Below, piece after piece: positions 47,656 to 59,342 of a stretch of DNA of 64,000 nt (position 1 is its first letter; each line of letters starts with the position of its first letter). The notes below the pieces were generated by a model. That model worked only from the letters and a program-made list of their open reading frames with translations. It did no database searches and was not told the origin of the DNA. This DNA comes from Phyllobates terribilis. Taxonomy: Eukaryota. Where the stretch lies: positions 986,234,001 to 986,298,000 of the forward strand of contig NW_027362761.1 in assembly GCF_046119375.1 (NCBI RefSeq), given 5' to 3'. The position numbers were made by a program, and so were the translations under genes.

Positions 47656-50481
47656 AGGGGTATTCCCATCACCAAGGTCCTATCCCAATATGTACTAGGT
47701 GTAACAATAAAAATATTAGCAAATACCTCCAATTAGAAATGTAGTATAGTTTTTCTGATTTGCCTCTTTCCTCATGTGCAGGCATTGCAGGACCTTAGGA
47801 ATCCATGGGTACGACCACTGATATAGTGATATTTAGCTAGTTGCTAGTGGTCGTATCCATGGATACCTTAGATCCTGAAATGCCTGCACATGAGGAAAGA
47901 GACATATCGAATCAGAATAAACTATACTACATTTATAACTGGAGATATTTGATAATATTATTAATACATCTATATTATAACCGGGGATGCATGTCTCTGT
48001 CTGAAGCCTTTATAGACTGCGCATGCGCGACGCGCAGTCTGGCTCCAGACAGAAGCACGCATCCAGCCATTACAGGAAAGAGGAGTGTATGGTGCCGGAG
48101 ATTGCGGTATGCGTAGACACTGATCACATACCGCGATCTCTGGCGCCATACTTAGATACTTACCTGACTGGGAGGAGCGTTGCTGCGGTGCCTCTCTTCG
48201 CCAGAGACCGGGGCAGGAGAGAGTCATTGGATCGGTGCATGCGCATAATGTGCATTGTGTCCTCAGCAAAATGGCGCCAGACAGCGCGGTGCTCCAGTGC
48301 TGCACTCCTCCCCCGGCAGAACAGGACACCGCAGCGCTGGAGCACAGGGAAGAAAGGTGAGTATAAGTGTTTATTTTTTGTATGTGTGTACAGCATGAAA
48401 GGGATGAGGGGGCCACACATACCAGGATTGTGGGCTGAGGGGTGCCACACATACCAGGATTGGAGGTGAGGGGTACCATGCATACCAGGATTGGGGGGTG
48501 AGGGACCATGCATACCAGGATTGGGCGGTGAGAGGACCATGCATACCAGGATTGAGGGGTGAGGGGTACAACACACACCAGGATTGGGGGGTAAGGGGAC
48601 CATGCATACCAGGATGAGGGGTACCATTCATACCAGGATTGGGGGGTGAGGGGACCGTGCATACCAGGATTGGGGGGTGAGGGGACCATGCACACCAGGA
48701 TTGGGGGATGAGGGGACCATGCACACCAGGATTGGGCGGTGAGGGGACCATGCACACCAGGATTGGGGGTGAGGGGTACCATGCATACCAGAATAGGGAT
48801 GAGGCGAACCATACATACCAGAATAGGAATGCGGGGCACCATGCATACCATGTTGAGGGATGGGGTGCCATGCATACCTGGATGAGGGGTACCATGCATA
48901 GCAGGATAAGGATGAGGGGTGTCATGCATACTAGGATGAGGGATGGGGTGCCATGCATACCAGGTTTCTGGGATGAGGAGGTCATACATACCAGAATTGG
49001 GATGAGGGGTGCCATGCATACTAGGATGAGGGGTACCATACATACCAGGATAGGGATGAGGGGTACCATGTATACCAGGATTGGGGATGAGGTGCCCATG
49101 CATACGAGGATAGGGATGAGGAGTGCCATGCATACCAGGATGAGGGTGAGGGAGCCATACATACCAGGATTGGGGATGACGGAGCAATGCATACCAGGAT
49201 TGGGGATGAGGGGTGCCATGCATACCAGGATTGAGGATGAAGGGTGCCATGCATACCAGAATAGGGATGAGGCGAACCATACATACCAGAATAGGAATGC
49301 GGGGCACCATGCATACCATGTTGAGGGATGGGGTGCCATGCATACCTGGATGAGGGGTACCATGCATAGCAGGATAAGGATGAGGGGTGTCATGCATACT
49401 AGGATGAGGGATGGGGTGCCATGCATACCAGGTTTCTGGGATGAGGAGGTCATACATACCAGAATTGGGATGAGGGGTGCCATGCATACTAGGATGAGGG
49501 GTACCATACATACCAGGATAGGGATGAGGGGTACCATGTATACCAGGATTGGGGATGAGGTGCCCATGCATACGAGGATAGGGATGAGGAGTGCCATGCA
49601 TGCCAGGATGAGGGTGAGGGAGCCATACATACCAGGATTGGGGATGACGGAGCAATGCATACCAGGATTGGGGATGAGGGGTGCCATGCATACCAGGATT
49701 GAGGATGAAGGGTGCCATGCATACCATGATTGGGGATGAAGGATGCCATACATACAAGGATTGGGAATGAGGGAGCCATGCATACCAGGATTGGGGATGA
49801 GGGGTGCCATGCATACCAGGATTGGGGGTGAGGGGTGCCATGCATACCAGGATTGGGGATGAAGGGTGCCTTGCATACCAGGATTGTGGGTGAGGGAGCC
49901 ATGCATACCAGGATTGGGGATGAGGGAGCTATGCATACCAGGATTCGGGATGAGGGAGCCATGCAGACCGGGATTGGGGATGAGGGGTACCATGCATACC
50001 GGGATTGGGGATGAGGGGTGCCATGCATACCGGGGTTGGGGATGAGGGGTGCCATACATACCAGGATTGGGGATGAGGGGTGCCATGCATACCAGGATTG
50101 GGGATGAGGGGTGCCATGCATACTGGTATTGGGAATGAGGGGAGCCATGCTTAGTGGGATTGGGGATGAGGGGTGCCATGCCTTCCGGGATTGGGGTTGA
50201 GGGGTGCCATGCATACCAGGATTGGGGTTGAGGGGTGCCATACATACCAGGATTGGGGGTGAGGAGTGCCATGCATACCAGGATAGGGATGAGGGGTGCC
50301 ATGCATACCAAGATAGGATGGTGGGGACAGGATGGGGGCTGCACAAATACCAGGAGGGGGCAGCACATACCAGCATGGGAGACCATATACCAATAAAAAT
50401 GCTCGCCACCCGGGCGTAGAACGAGTTCAATAGCTAGTCTACTACATATTGGAATAGGATATTGGAGATGGGAATACCCCT
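47656..50481. mobile_element. T2/Kolobok-type MITE (2.8 kb)
   Basis: TTAA TSD at 47652-47655 and 50482-50485; TIR AGGGGTATTCCCATC extending imperfectly to about 40 bp; AGGRR terminus; internal hairpin at about 47745-47925. Confidence 0.92.
48400..50320. repeat. About 31-bp G-rich minisatellite with a 468-bp higher-order duplication
   Basis: Unit ATGCATACCAGGATTGGGGATGAGGGGTGCC; 48781-49248 is repeated almost exactly at 49249-49716. Confidence 0.95.
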
Positions 50482-50838
50482 TTAAGTCTGGTATGACTAG
50501 TGAAAGTGAAAATTTTCTGCAAACGTTAAAGCTTTCTAAACACCCTAATAAAAAAAGACATTTCAAAAGTGACGCTGACAAAAAGTAGACATATATAAAC
50601 TGTTATATATTAACTATTTTGTGTTTTATGAATATCTGTTTTAAGTGTATAAAAATTCATTTGATATTGTCATAAGTAAACACAAATTTTATTTCCAGAA
50701 ATATACTACTAATATAATGTACAATATGTCATAATAAAATAATTTTCACTGGGATATGTAGAAGCATTGCAAATTTATCACCACGTATAAGTGACATGTC
50801 TGTTTTTAAAAATTTGGCCTTGCCAGGGAGGTAAAAAC

Positions 50839-53800
50839 TAGTGTTGAGCCACCCCCGTAGTGTTCGGGTTCGGTTCGGTTCGCAAAACACCGGGATGTTC
50901 GTGGAATTGTTCGTCGAACACCTTAGAATACTGTCGAACACCGTCGAACACCGTTAAAACCAATGGCAGGCAAATAAAAACACATAGAAAACACATTCAA
51001 AGGTGTCCAAAAGCTGACAAACTGCTCAGAAGACACTCTCTTTAAAAAAGCAGGCCGGCAATTCAGCAGCGGTACCCGACAATTTAGAACAGAAAGAATA
51101 GAGCAACACACATCGATTAGATAGATAGAAACATGTCAGTCACATATATAAGAAGTTCAGTGACAGTGTTGGTTACTGTACTTGTCATATAGTGTTAAAT
51201 GATTTATTAAAAAAAATAATAGTGTTTTCATGCAACGTCTCTTTAAAAAAACCGGCCGGCAATTCAGCATCGGTACCCGACAATTTAGAATCGAAAGAAT
51301 AGAGCATCACAAATCGATTAGATAGATAGAAACATGTCAGTCACAATATATATAATAAGTACAGTGATAGTGTTGATTACTGTACTTGCCATTTAGTGTT
51401 AAAATAAAGGATTTATAAAAAAAAAAAAATGGCGTTGGTTTCCCCATAATTTTAGTCTCTAGCGGAGGTTAAGCAGACAGCTGGGGCAGATGTTTGAAGC
51501 CTGGGAAGGGGGTAATACCCACGGAGCTTCCCAGGCTACTAATATAAGCCCCAAGCTGAATACCTAGCCTTTACTAGCTATTAAAATGGGGGACCCCCCA
51601 AAAAAATTAAGTGGGGTCCCCCCTAATTTAATAGCTAGCAAAGGCTAGGCAGACAGCTGGGGGCTGATATTAATAGCCCAGGAAGGGTGCCATGAATATT
51701 GGCCCCCTCCCAGGCTAGAAACACCAGCCGTCAGCCACCCCAGAAATGGCGCATCCATAGGATGCGCCAATTCCTCCACTTAGCCTCGCTCTTCCCACTG
51801 CGCTGTAGCTGTGGCAGTGGGGTAATAGGGCTGGGGTTGATGTCAGCTTATAATGCCAGCTGACATCAAGCCCAGGTTAGTAATGGAGAGGCGTCTATAA
51901 GACACCCCCATTACTAACCACATAGTCAAAGTTAAAAAAAAAAACACAAACACCCAGAATAAAGTCCTTTAATTGAAATAAACACACAATTCTTTAATGT
52001 TCTAAATTAAACCATACTTACCATCACGCCCATTCAAGCTGAAGCCAATGTCTTCTGCAATAAAAGTAAAATAATAAACCAACATCATCCTTACCTTTCC
52101 ATGGTTCCCAGGACAGCTCCAGCTCTGCTACATTCACATGACAGGCTGGATCGCAGCCGAAAGCTGCCATCCAGCTTGCAATGCCGCAGACATTGAGATG
52201 CGCAGGCATGCTTGTGCTCCTCAGTGTCTGGCTGTGACGGCATCCAGATGAGCCAAGTTCATGTCCAATGAACTCAGCTCACCTCATGCATGTCACTGAC
52301 AGCGTGGGAAAATTCTTCTCTGCTTGCCGTGAGCATGAGAGAATTCTCCTGCGCTCACGCCAAGCGCAGGAGAATTTTCCCACTCTGTCAGTGACGTGCA
52401 TTAGGTGAGCTGAGTTCATTGGACATGAACTTGACTCATCTGGATGCCGTCACAGCCAGACACTGAGGAGCGCAAACATGCCTGCGCTTCTCAGTGTCTG
52501 CGGCATGACAAGCTGGATGGCAGCTTTCGGCTGCGATCCAGCCTGTCATGTGAATGTAGCAGAGCTGGAGCCATCCTGGGAACCATGGAAAGGTAAGGAT
52601 GAGGTTGCTTTATTATTTTACTTTTATTGCAGTAGACATTGGCCTCAGCTGGAATGGGCGTGATGGTAAGTATGGTTTAATTTAGAACAATAAAGAATTG
52701 TGTGTTTATTTCAATTAAAGGACTTTATTCTGGGTGTTTGTGGGTTTTTTTTAACTTTGACTATGGGGTTAGTAATGGGCTTGATGTCAGCTGGCATTAT
52801 AAGTAACCAGTAACCTGGGCTTGATGTCAGCTGGCATTATAAGCTGACATCAACCCCAGCCCTATTACCCCACTGCCACTGCTACAGGGCAGTGGTAAGA
52901 GCAAGGCTAAGTGCCAGAATTGGTGCATCCTATGCATGCGCCATTTCTGGGGCGGCTGACGGCTGGTGTTTCTATCTGGGGGGGCAATATTCATGGCACC
53001 CTTCTTGGCTATTAATATCAGCCCCCAGCTGTCTGCCTAGCCTTTGCTAGCTATTAAAATAGGGGGGACCCCACATCTTTTTTTTTAGGTCCCCCATTTA
53101 ATAGCTAGTAAAGGCTAGGTATTCAGCTGGGGGCTGATATTAGCAGCCTGGGAAGCTCCGTGGGTATTACCTCTTTCCCAGGCTTCAAACATCTGCCCCA
53201 GCTGTCTGCTTAACCTCCGCTAGAGACTAAAATTACGGGGAACCCCACACCAATTTTTTTTTTTATTAATCCTTTATTTTAACACTAAATGACAAGTACA
53301 GTAATTAACACTATCACTGTGCTTATTATATATGTGACTGACATGTTTCTATCTATCTAATCTATGTGTGATGCTCTATTCTTTCGATTCTAAATTGTCG
53401 GGTACCGATGCTGAATTGCCGGCCGTTTTTTTTAAAGAGACGGTGCATGAAAACGCTATTATTTTTTTTAATAAATCATTTAACACTATATGACAAGTAC
53501 AGTAACCAACACTGTCACTGTACTTCTTATATATGTGACTGACATGTTTCTATCTATCTAATCTATTTTTGATGCTCTATTCTTTCTGTTCTAAATTGTC
53601 GAGTACCAGTGTATGCCGCTGCTGAATTGCCGGCTTTTCATTTTTCACTGTGAGCACTGTTCCCATCGATTTGGGCAATCACTGTAATGCCACAACCACC
53701 ATAGCTGTGGCATTACAATTTGTGGCAGACAATCCCTGCATGATGTGAAAAAATCCAGTTACGCTTTCGGTGCGCGAACAGTTATCGAACATAACCTCGA

Positions 53801-53912
53801 ATAGCCAATTTTTTTGCAAATCGTTCGCTTTCGTCGAACGACTCGAACACCGCCCAAAACAGCTCAAATTTGAGTTTGGCGAACAGTTCGAGTCGAACAC
53901 TGCTCATCTCTA
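50839..53912. mobile_element. Non-autonomous fold-back hAT element, 3.07 kb
   Basis: TIRs TAGTGTTGAGCC...TGCTCATCTCTA; perfect TSD GTAAAAAC (50831-50838, 53913-53920); about 1.3-kb inverted arms centred near 52360. Confidence 0.95.
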
Positions 53913-54484
53913 GTAAAAACTTGCTCTGGTGTAAAGGTGTTAAATTTAAAACAATCATTAAAGCATTCTGTACAATCATGCACTTTTTTATAAAATTTTT
54001 TATAATATGCTTTCATCTAATTCAATTTCTTGTAATCTCTTGCTTGTGTGCTTTTGTATGGGAGTTTCATACAGTCTATTAAATCTATTGAATCTATTGA
54101 ACTTCTGTCAGTGACGCCGGTGGGTATGACTTATTCGGAGGGGTAAGGCTAAGTGACTACCTGGTTTTCATTAAAACCTCTGATGGTGAGGATAGGTTTG
54201 CCACACGTGTGCACTGTGGTGGTCCGTCGACTGTTGCTCCATAAGGGCATATGGGGTCTATATTTTCTTCCCCCCAGTGAATACGCTGTTGCTGGGCTTA
54301 ATTGTCCATAGATTGTTTATGTATATGATGTAACTCCCATTGTTACTAATGGAGCATGTCATGTTTCCACTGTGGAATTTATTAATGTATTTGTCAGCAT
54401 ACGTTCCACTGCTATGTGCACATATTATTGTTGGTTATAGCATGTACATTTGCCCATAGCATTTCTCTCATCTATCCTGTCTAT

Positions 54485-54712
54485 TTATATTACCGATAAA
54501 GTTTTGCTTCTTACTTTTTCAATATGACCTGTTGTGTCATCCTTAATGACCTCGTGGTAATTTTCCCATCTAGTCTTCTTTGACGATTGGTATTTATCGG
54601 CCCATGTATTTGCAGCAATATGAATATCTATGTGATATTTATTTATGTGTTCCAATTGCTGCTGTGTTCTCAAAACCCAATAATATAGAATCTTATCAGT
54701 ATCAATTGCCAT
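54485..54712 (-). pseudogene. Possible C-terminal remnant of an L1/Tx1-type ORF2
   Basis: Isolated ORF LYYWVLRT...KKTRWENY with W...W spacing reminiscent of L1 ORF2 tails; no catalytic motif, so support is weak. Confidence 0.25.
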
Positions 54713-56019
54713 TTCATATTTCTGTAATGTAAAAATCTGTCTTCACTGAATACAGGTTTTACCCAAGTACTGAGAATTTTGCCATTAAATGTTTGTCCAA
54801 GAGGAGAAAGAATTGGATTTCACTAATAAGATCTATTACAAAGTTGCTTTTTTTCACACATAATATTGATTTATGAAATAAAAATTAAAATAATGGTTAC
54901 TCTTAAAGTGAGATAAATTTTTGTAACAAGTTATAAAGATGGTCCATTGTGAATCATGATTACCTTTGTTTAATCTGTATTGTGCCATTCTAATATACTG
55001 TCTATTAGAATCCTATGTGCTTGCTAAATCTGTATGTGCTATTGAATCGAATACACAACTTATTAATGGCTGGCACTAAAAATCAGTTGAATTTCATTTT
55101 TTTCCTATATTATTGCACTAGACTGTACATAAGCAGCACACTCTATTGACTTCCAAATGAACTGTAAACTGTAGCTTCCAGTTTTCCTAAATTGCCCAGC
55201 ATGTCTATCAGGTATTCAATGCAAAACTATAAGAGACTTTCCTTCTATTATTCATTGTGCGCTTTCAAAGGATGCATGCATTATTTATTTTACATATAAT
55301 TAATAGTGATGAGCGAGCATTAAAATGCTTGGGTACTCGTTGTTCGAGTCAAGCAAATTGGAATGCTCGAGTGCTTGGATCGAGTAACGAGCCCAATGTA
55401 AGTCTATGGGAAACTCAAGCATTTTTCCAGCGGCTCCCCCCGGGGGTCTGTAGAGGGCCTAAAAATTACCCAAATCAATGGGAACAGTGCTTAAATTACA
55501 TGGGAACAGGATAGGGTACACGCCTGTAAGCACTTCTGACTCCCGGGTAGCTGCTGTCAACAATGTTGTCAGAGGTATTGCGCCACTTTTATGGACTCAC
55601 AATAAAACATACAAAAACGAAACCAAAATGGATTTTCCAAGGAAATATGTTAAGGAACATGCTTTCCAGAGTAATGACTTGTATATAAGGCAAAATAAAT
55701 ATACAAAAACAAAAATGCTCCTCCACACCTTGCGCTATGTTCACACGTAGCGTTTTTGATGCGTTTTTGCACTTTTGCATTGCTTTCAACCAAGACAAAT
55801 GCATTCACCAGGAAATGTAATTTTAACATTTTACAACCTTATCTGGCCATGTGGTGTGTGACACATTATCAGACACATCCTGTTTAACTTATGATGGAGG
55901 GACTATGAATATAAGAAAGCCTATTTTTATAGGGCCATCAGGCAGCCCTTACTATTCTTAAAAGGCCAGCAGTCGGTCCTCGCTATTGTTAGAGAGCCAT
56001 CAGCCGGCTATGCTTTGTT

Positions 56020-56640
56020 GTTCCCATTATTAACGAGTTGGTTACTTATACCGTTATTGCATATGAAGTGACTGCAACGGCTGCCAAAAATTTGGAGGAA
56101 CTCCAATGCCCCTTGTAAGAGACGTAGAGGTCGGAGGGCCTCCTGCAAAAAATGCTCCCATTATTAGGCAGTGTGTCTCCCATACTGTTTGCCTATGTAG
56201 TGAAGCAACGGTGCCAAAAATTTGGAGGAACTCCAGTGTCCCTTACAAGAGACATAGAGGTCGGAGGGCCTCCTGCAATAAATGCTCCCATTATTAGGAA
56301 GTGGTTCTCCCATACTGTTTGCCTATGCAGTGAAGCAATGGCTGCCAAAACTTTGGAGGAACTTCAATCCCCTTTGCAAGAGACGTAGACGTCGGAGGGC
56401 CTCCTGAAAACAATTTTCCCATTATTAAGAAATGGGTCTTCCATACTGTATGCCTATGCAGTGAAGCAATGGCTGCCAAAACTTTGGAGGAACTTCAATC
56501 CCCTTTGCAAGAGATGTAGACGTTGGAGGGCCTCCTGAAAACAATTTTCCCATTATTAAGAAATGGGTCTCCCATACTGTATGCCTATGCAGTGAAGCAA
56601 TGGCTGCCAAAAATTTGGAGGAACTCCAAAGTCCCTGGCA
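56020..56640. repeat. About 131-bp tandem repeat (about 5 units)
   Basis: CCCATTATT at about 56023, 56157, 56287, 56418 and 56549. Confidence 0.88.
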
Positions 56641-56821
56641 AGAGATGTAGATATGTTGATATGGTACCCATGGTGGTGATATGGTGGTGGAGGATGAGCA
56701 TGCGAAGGAGGAGGACAAGAGCAAATAGACAACATCAGGAAACGTATACCCATGTCTGGGTGTGAAGACAGAGGTGCATAGGAATAGAGTTAGACCTCCC
56801 AAAAAAAGACACCATTTGAGT

Positions 56822-57352
56822 TTATGCTATGCTGCTATCATTCGGTGGTGTTGAGAAGTCTGGCCCAATCCAGCCCTTGTTCAGTTTTCTAATAGTCAGC
56901 CTGTCAGCATTTTCAGTTGACAGGCAGATGCACTTGTCAGTTATAATTCCACCAGCGGCACTAAAAACCCGCTCTGACAAAATGCTAGCGGCAGGGCAGG
57001 CCAGGACCTGCAAGGCATAGAGAGCCAGTTCATGCCATGTGTCCAGCTCGGATACAAAATAATTATAAGGCACAGAGAAATCATGGAGGACGTTGGTACA
57101 GTTGGCAAGGTACTCACTCACCATCTTCTGAAACTTTTCATTCCTTGAGAGTACCCCACACATCAGGGCTTGTGTGATGGGAGGGTCTGAGAAAACTGTC
57201 CCAGAGCTTTGAGTGTTCCTCTGCCTCTGCTCGATTGCATTTGTGTCTCTTTCGCCTGTACTCCATGGTTGTCCAACGAACTGTGACCTCTGCCGCCAGC
57301 GTTTTCAGATGGGAATTTTTTTAATAATTCCGCAACAAGGGCCTTCTGGTAC
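56822..57352 (-). pseudogene. hAT transposase C-terminal fragment
   Basis: YQKALVAELLKKFPS...; LYALQVLACPAASILSERVFSAAGGIITDK. Confidence 0.9.
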
Positions 57353-57902
57353 TTCAAAAACCACAGAGAACATAGTATACACCTTAAGATATAACTTTTA
57401 ATAGATATTTTAAAAGATAATAGCAATATTTCAGGACAAAAATTCAGATAAAAGTATGGGGAAGGAAAGGCAATGGGGCAGCACAAAATGCTATGCAGAC
57501 TTACCCTATAGGCCCTAAGGGAGGAATGCCCTACTTAACAGCGGAGTAATCACCCTAATGTGTCGGCGTGGGGTCCCCGCTCCACGGAGGCTGTCCCTTG
57601 CCTGTCCCTAGCACATCGCTATACAGACATACAAACATAAAAACAAAAAACAGGAACAAAAAATAAACCGGTGTCCCAAAATTGGGGGACTTGACAGTCA
57701 TATCAAAAGTTGATATGCTGTAAGAGTAAAGAACCATGCATCAGTTATGATAAGATGTGTAAGAAGTGTCAACAAGATAACTTATTCTATTGAAATGACC
57801 ACAAACAATCAATGTCAATGCCCCAAAAACATTAGGGTTATAGTTGTAAAAAATTGAAGAGACCATGTGTCCCTATCAATAAATATAGAATTAGAATAGC
57901 TA

Positions 57903-58425
57903 TTTGCGTCTCAGTTAACCCACAAAATGGCCGAAAAAAAGGTATCTGCAGACCACTTTAGTAATCATATAATAACAACAGTGTTACTCAAATATTCTCA
58001 TTGAGGTAATATAACAGTAGTCAAAAATAGAAAAGAAAAAGACTGCTAGATAACAGAGACATCTGATGTTCAAAAATTCATGGTAATGATGTACACTACA
58101 CTCCCAATACTTAGAGCAATGTGCTAAATAAATTTACATCACAACCGTTATAATAAGATGGGTAAGGAGTGTCAATAAGATAACTTATTTTTTGTGTCTC
58201 AGTTAACCCACATAATGGCCAAAAAAGGTATCTGCAGACCACTTTAATAATTATATAATAACAACAGTGTTAGTCAAATGTTCTCATTGAGGTAATGTTA
58301 CAGCAGTCAAAAAAAAAAGAGACTGATGGATAACAGACATGTGATGCTCAATAATTCATGGTAATGATGTGTGCTATACTCCCAGTAGTTAGTGCAATGT
58401 GCTAAATAAATTCACATCACAGCAA
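57903..58425. repeat. About 288-bp tandem duplication in the PLE 3' region
   Basis: TTTG(C/T)GTCTCAGTTAACCCACA at 57903 and 58191 with collinear continuation. Confidence 0.85.
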
Positions 58426-58505
58426 TCACGTAATAACAAACTGTTAGATTGCAGACTTATCTGATGCTGATTGCTTCATTATCACTATATAAAGATGAGG
58501 TCCCA

Positions 58506-58552
58506 GTCCCAACGCATTTCGCCCCCTCCTAGGTCAGGGCTCATCAGGGGAC
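58506..58552 (-). ncRNA. Minimal type I hammerhead ribozyme of the PLE
   Basis: Minus strand reads GTCCC-CTGATGA-GCCC-TGACCTAGGAGG-GGGC-GAAA-TGCG-TT-GGGAC: perfect stem I, stem II and intact core. Confidence 0.88.
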
Positions 58553-59342
58553 AATCACAGAAGTACACCATAATAGGTAGGGCTGGATGGAGAAGTAAAT
58601 ATATCCCATCAATTGAATCACCAAGCCAAAAGAGTCAGTGACCCATCAGGCTTAAATACACCCCCTGCAGTACTTGTACAGGAAACACCTGTCAGCCGTA
58701 TCTAGCGCGGTAGAGCAATCACCACCATGAGGCACTGCTGGAACGCTGAGTGCGTGCCAACGGCGATTTGTTTCTTCCGCCTGTGGCAATGTAAGTCACA
58801 TCCACCACGCGAGCTCAATGGAACGCATATGCGTGTCACCAGTACTTCCACCCGCGACAGACACATGACGCCACTTCGGCCGCACGATCATGGTGGAACG
58901 CAGATGCATCTCACCAGCGCTTAGAAAAAGCAGAAAACATCAATTCTATAAGTTATAACAAGCGCAAGATCAGGAAGTTATAGACATCAAATAAGACACA
59001 AATAAGATCCTAACACTAGGCATAGAGGATTTGTTGATGAAAAAAAAACGGTATAATAATGTACAAATCAGTACCGGTCATTAGAAGAGGGGGAAATATA
59101 GAGGTGTAATAATAAAGAGTTATAAGCCCACTAAACTGTATGTCCTAAGGGTCTAAATACAGAGACTAGCAGGAAATACCAGTAGTCTGATTGTCCAAAC
59201 TTTCATGGACCAGGATACCGACCATGAGACAGTAAATGTATATATAAGTCCAAATGACATAATGCCAGTATTGATTCTTATGAGTGGGTATGCTAATAAA
59301 ACGAGTAGACTTAGACAAAGCTAGAGAAGTTTAGTTGTTCAT

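Larger units (their letters stand above)
42018..53939. mobile_element. Large degenerate piggyBac-like non-autonomous element hosting four nested insertions
   Basis: TTAA+CCCCTT at 42014-42023 and AAAGGTG+TTAA ending at 53943; AT-rich non-coding interior. The two termini match only weakly, so a single element is inferred. Confidence 0.45.
55304..57352 (-). mobile_element. 3' part of a fourth hAT copy, interrupted by the PLE
   Basis: TIR TAGTGATGAGCGAGCA at 55304; subterminal region homologous to 34973 onward; transposase C-terminus at 56822-57352. Confidence 0.88.

Noticed and set aside
47970-50581. Very long ORFs (623, 736, 343, 313 aa)
   Set aside because: They lie in the 31-bp minisatellite, whose C-rich strand lacks stop codons; the translations are just the repeat read in shifting frames.
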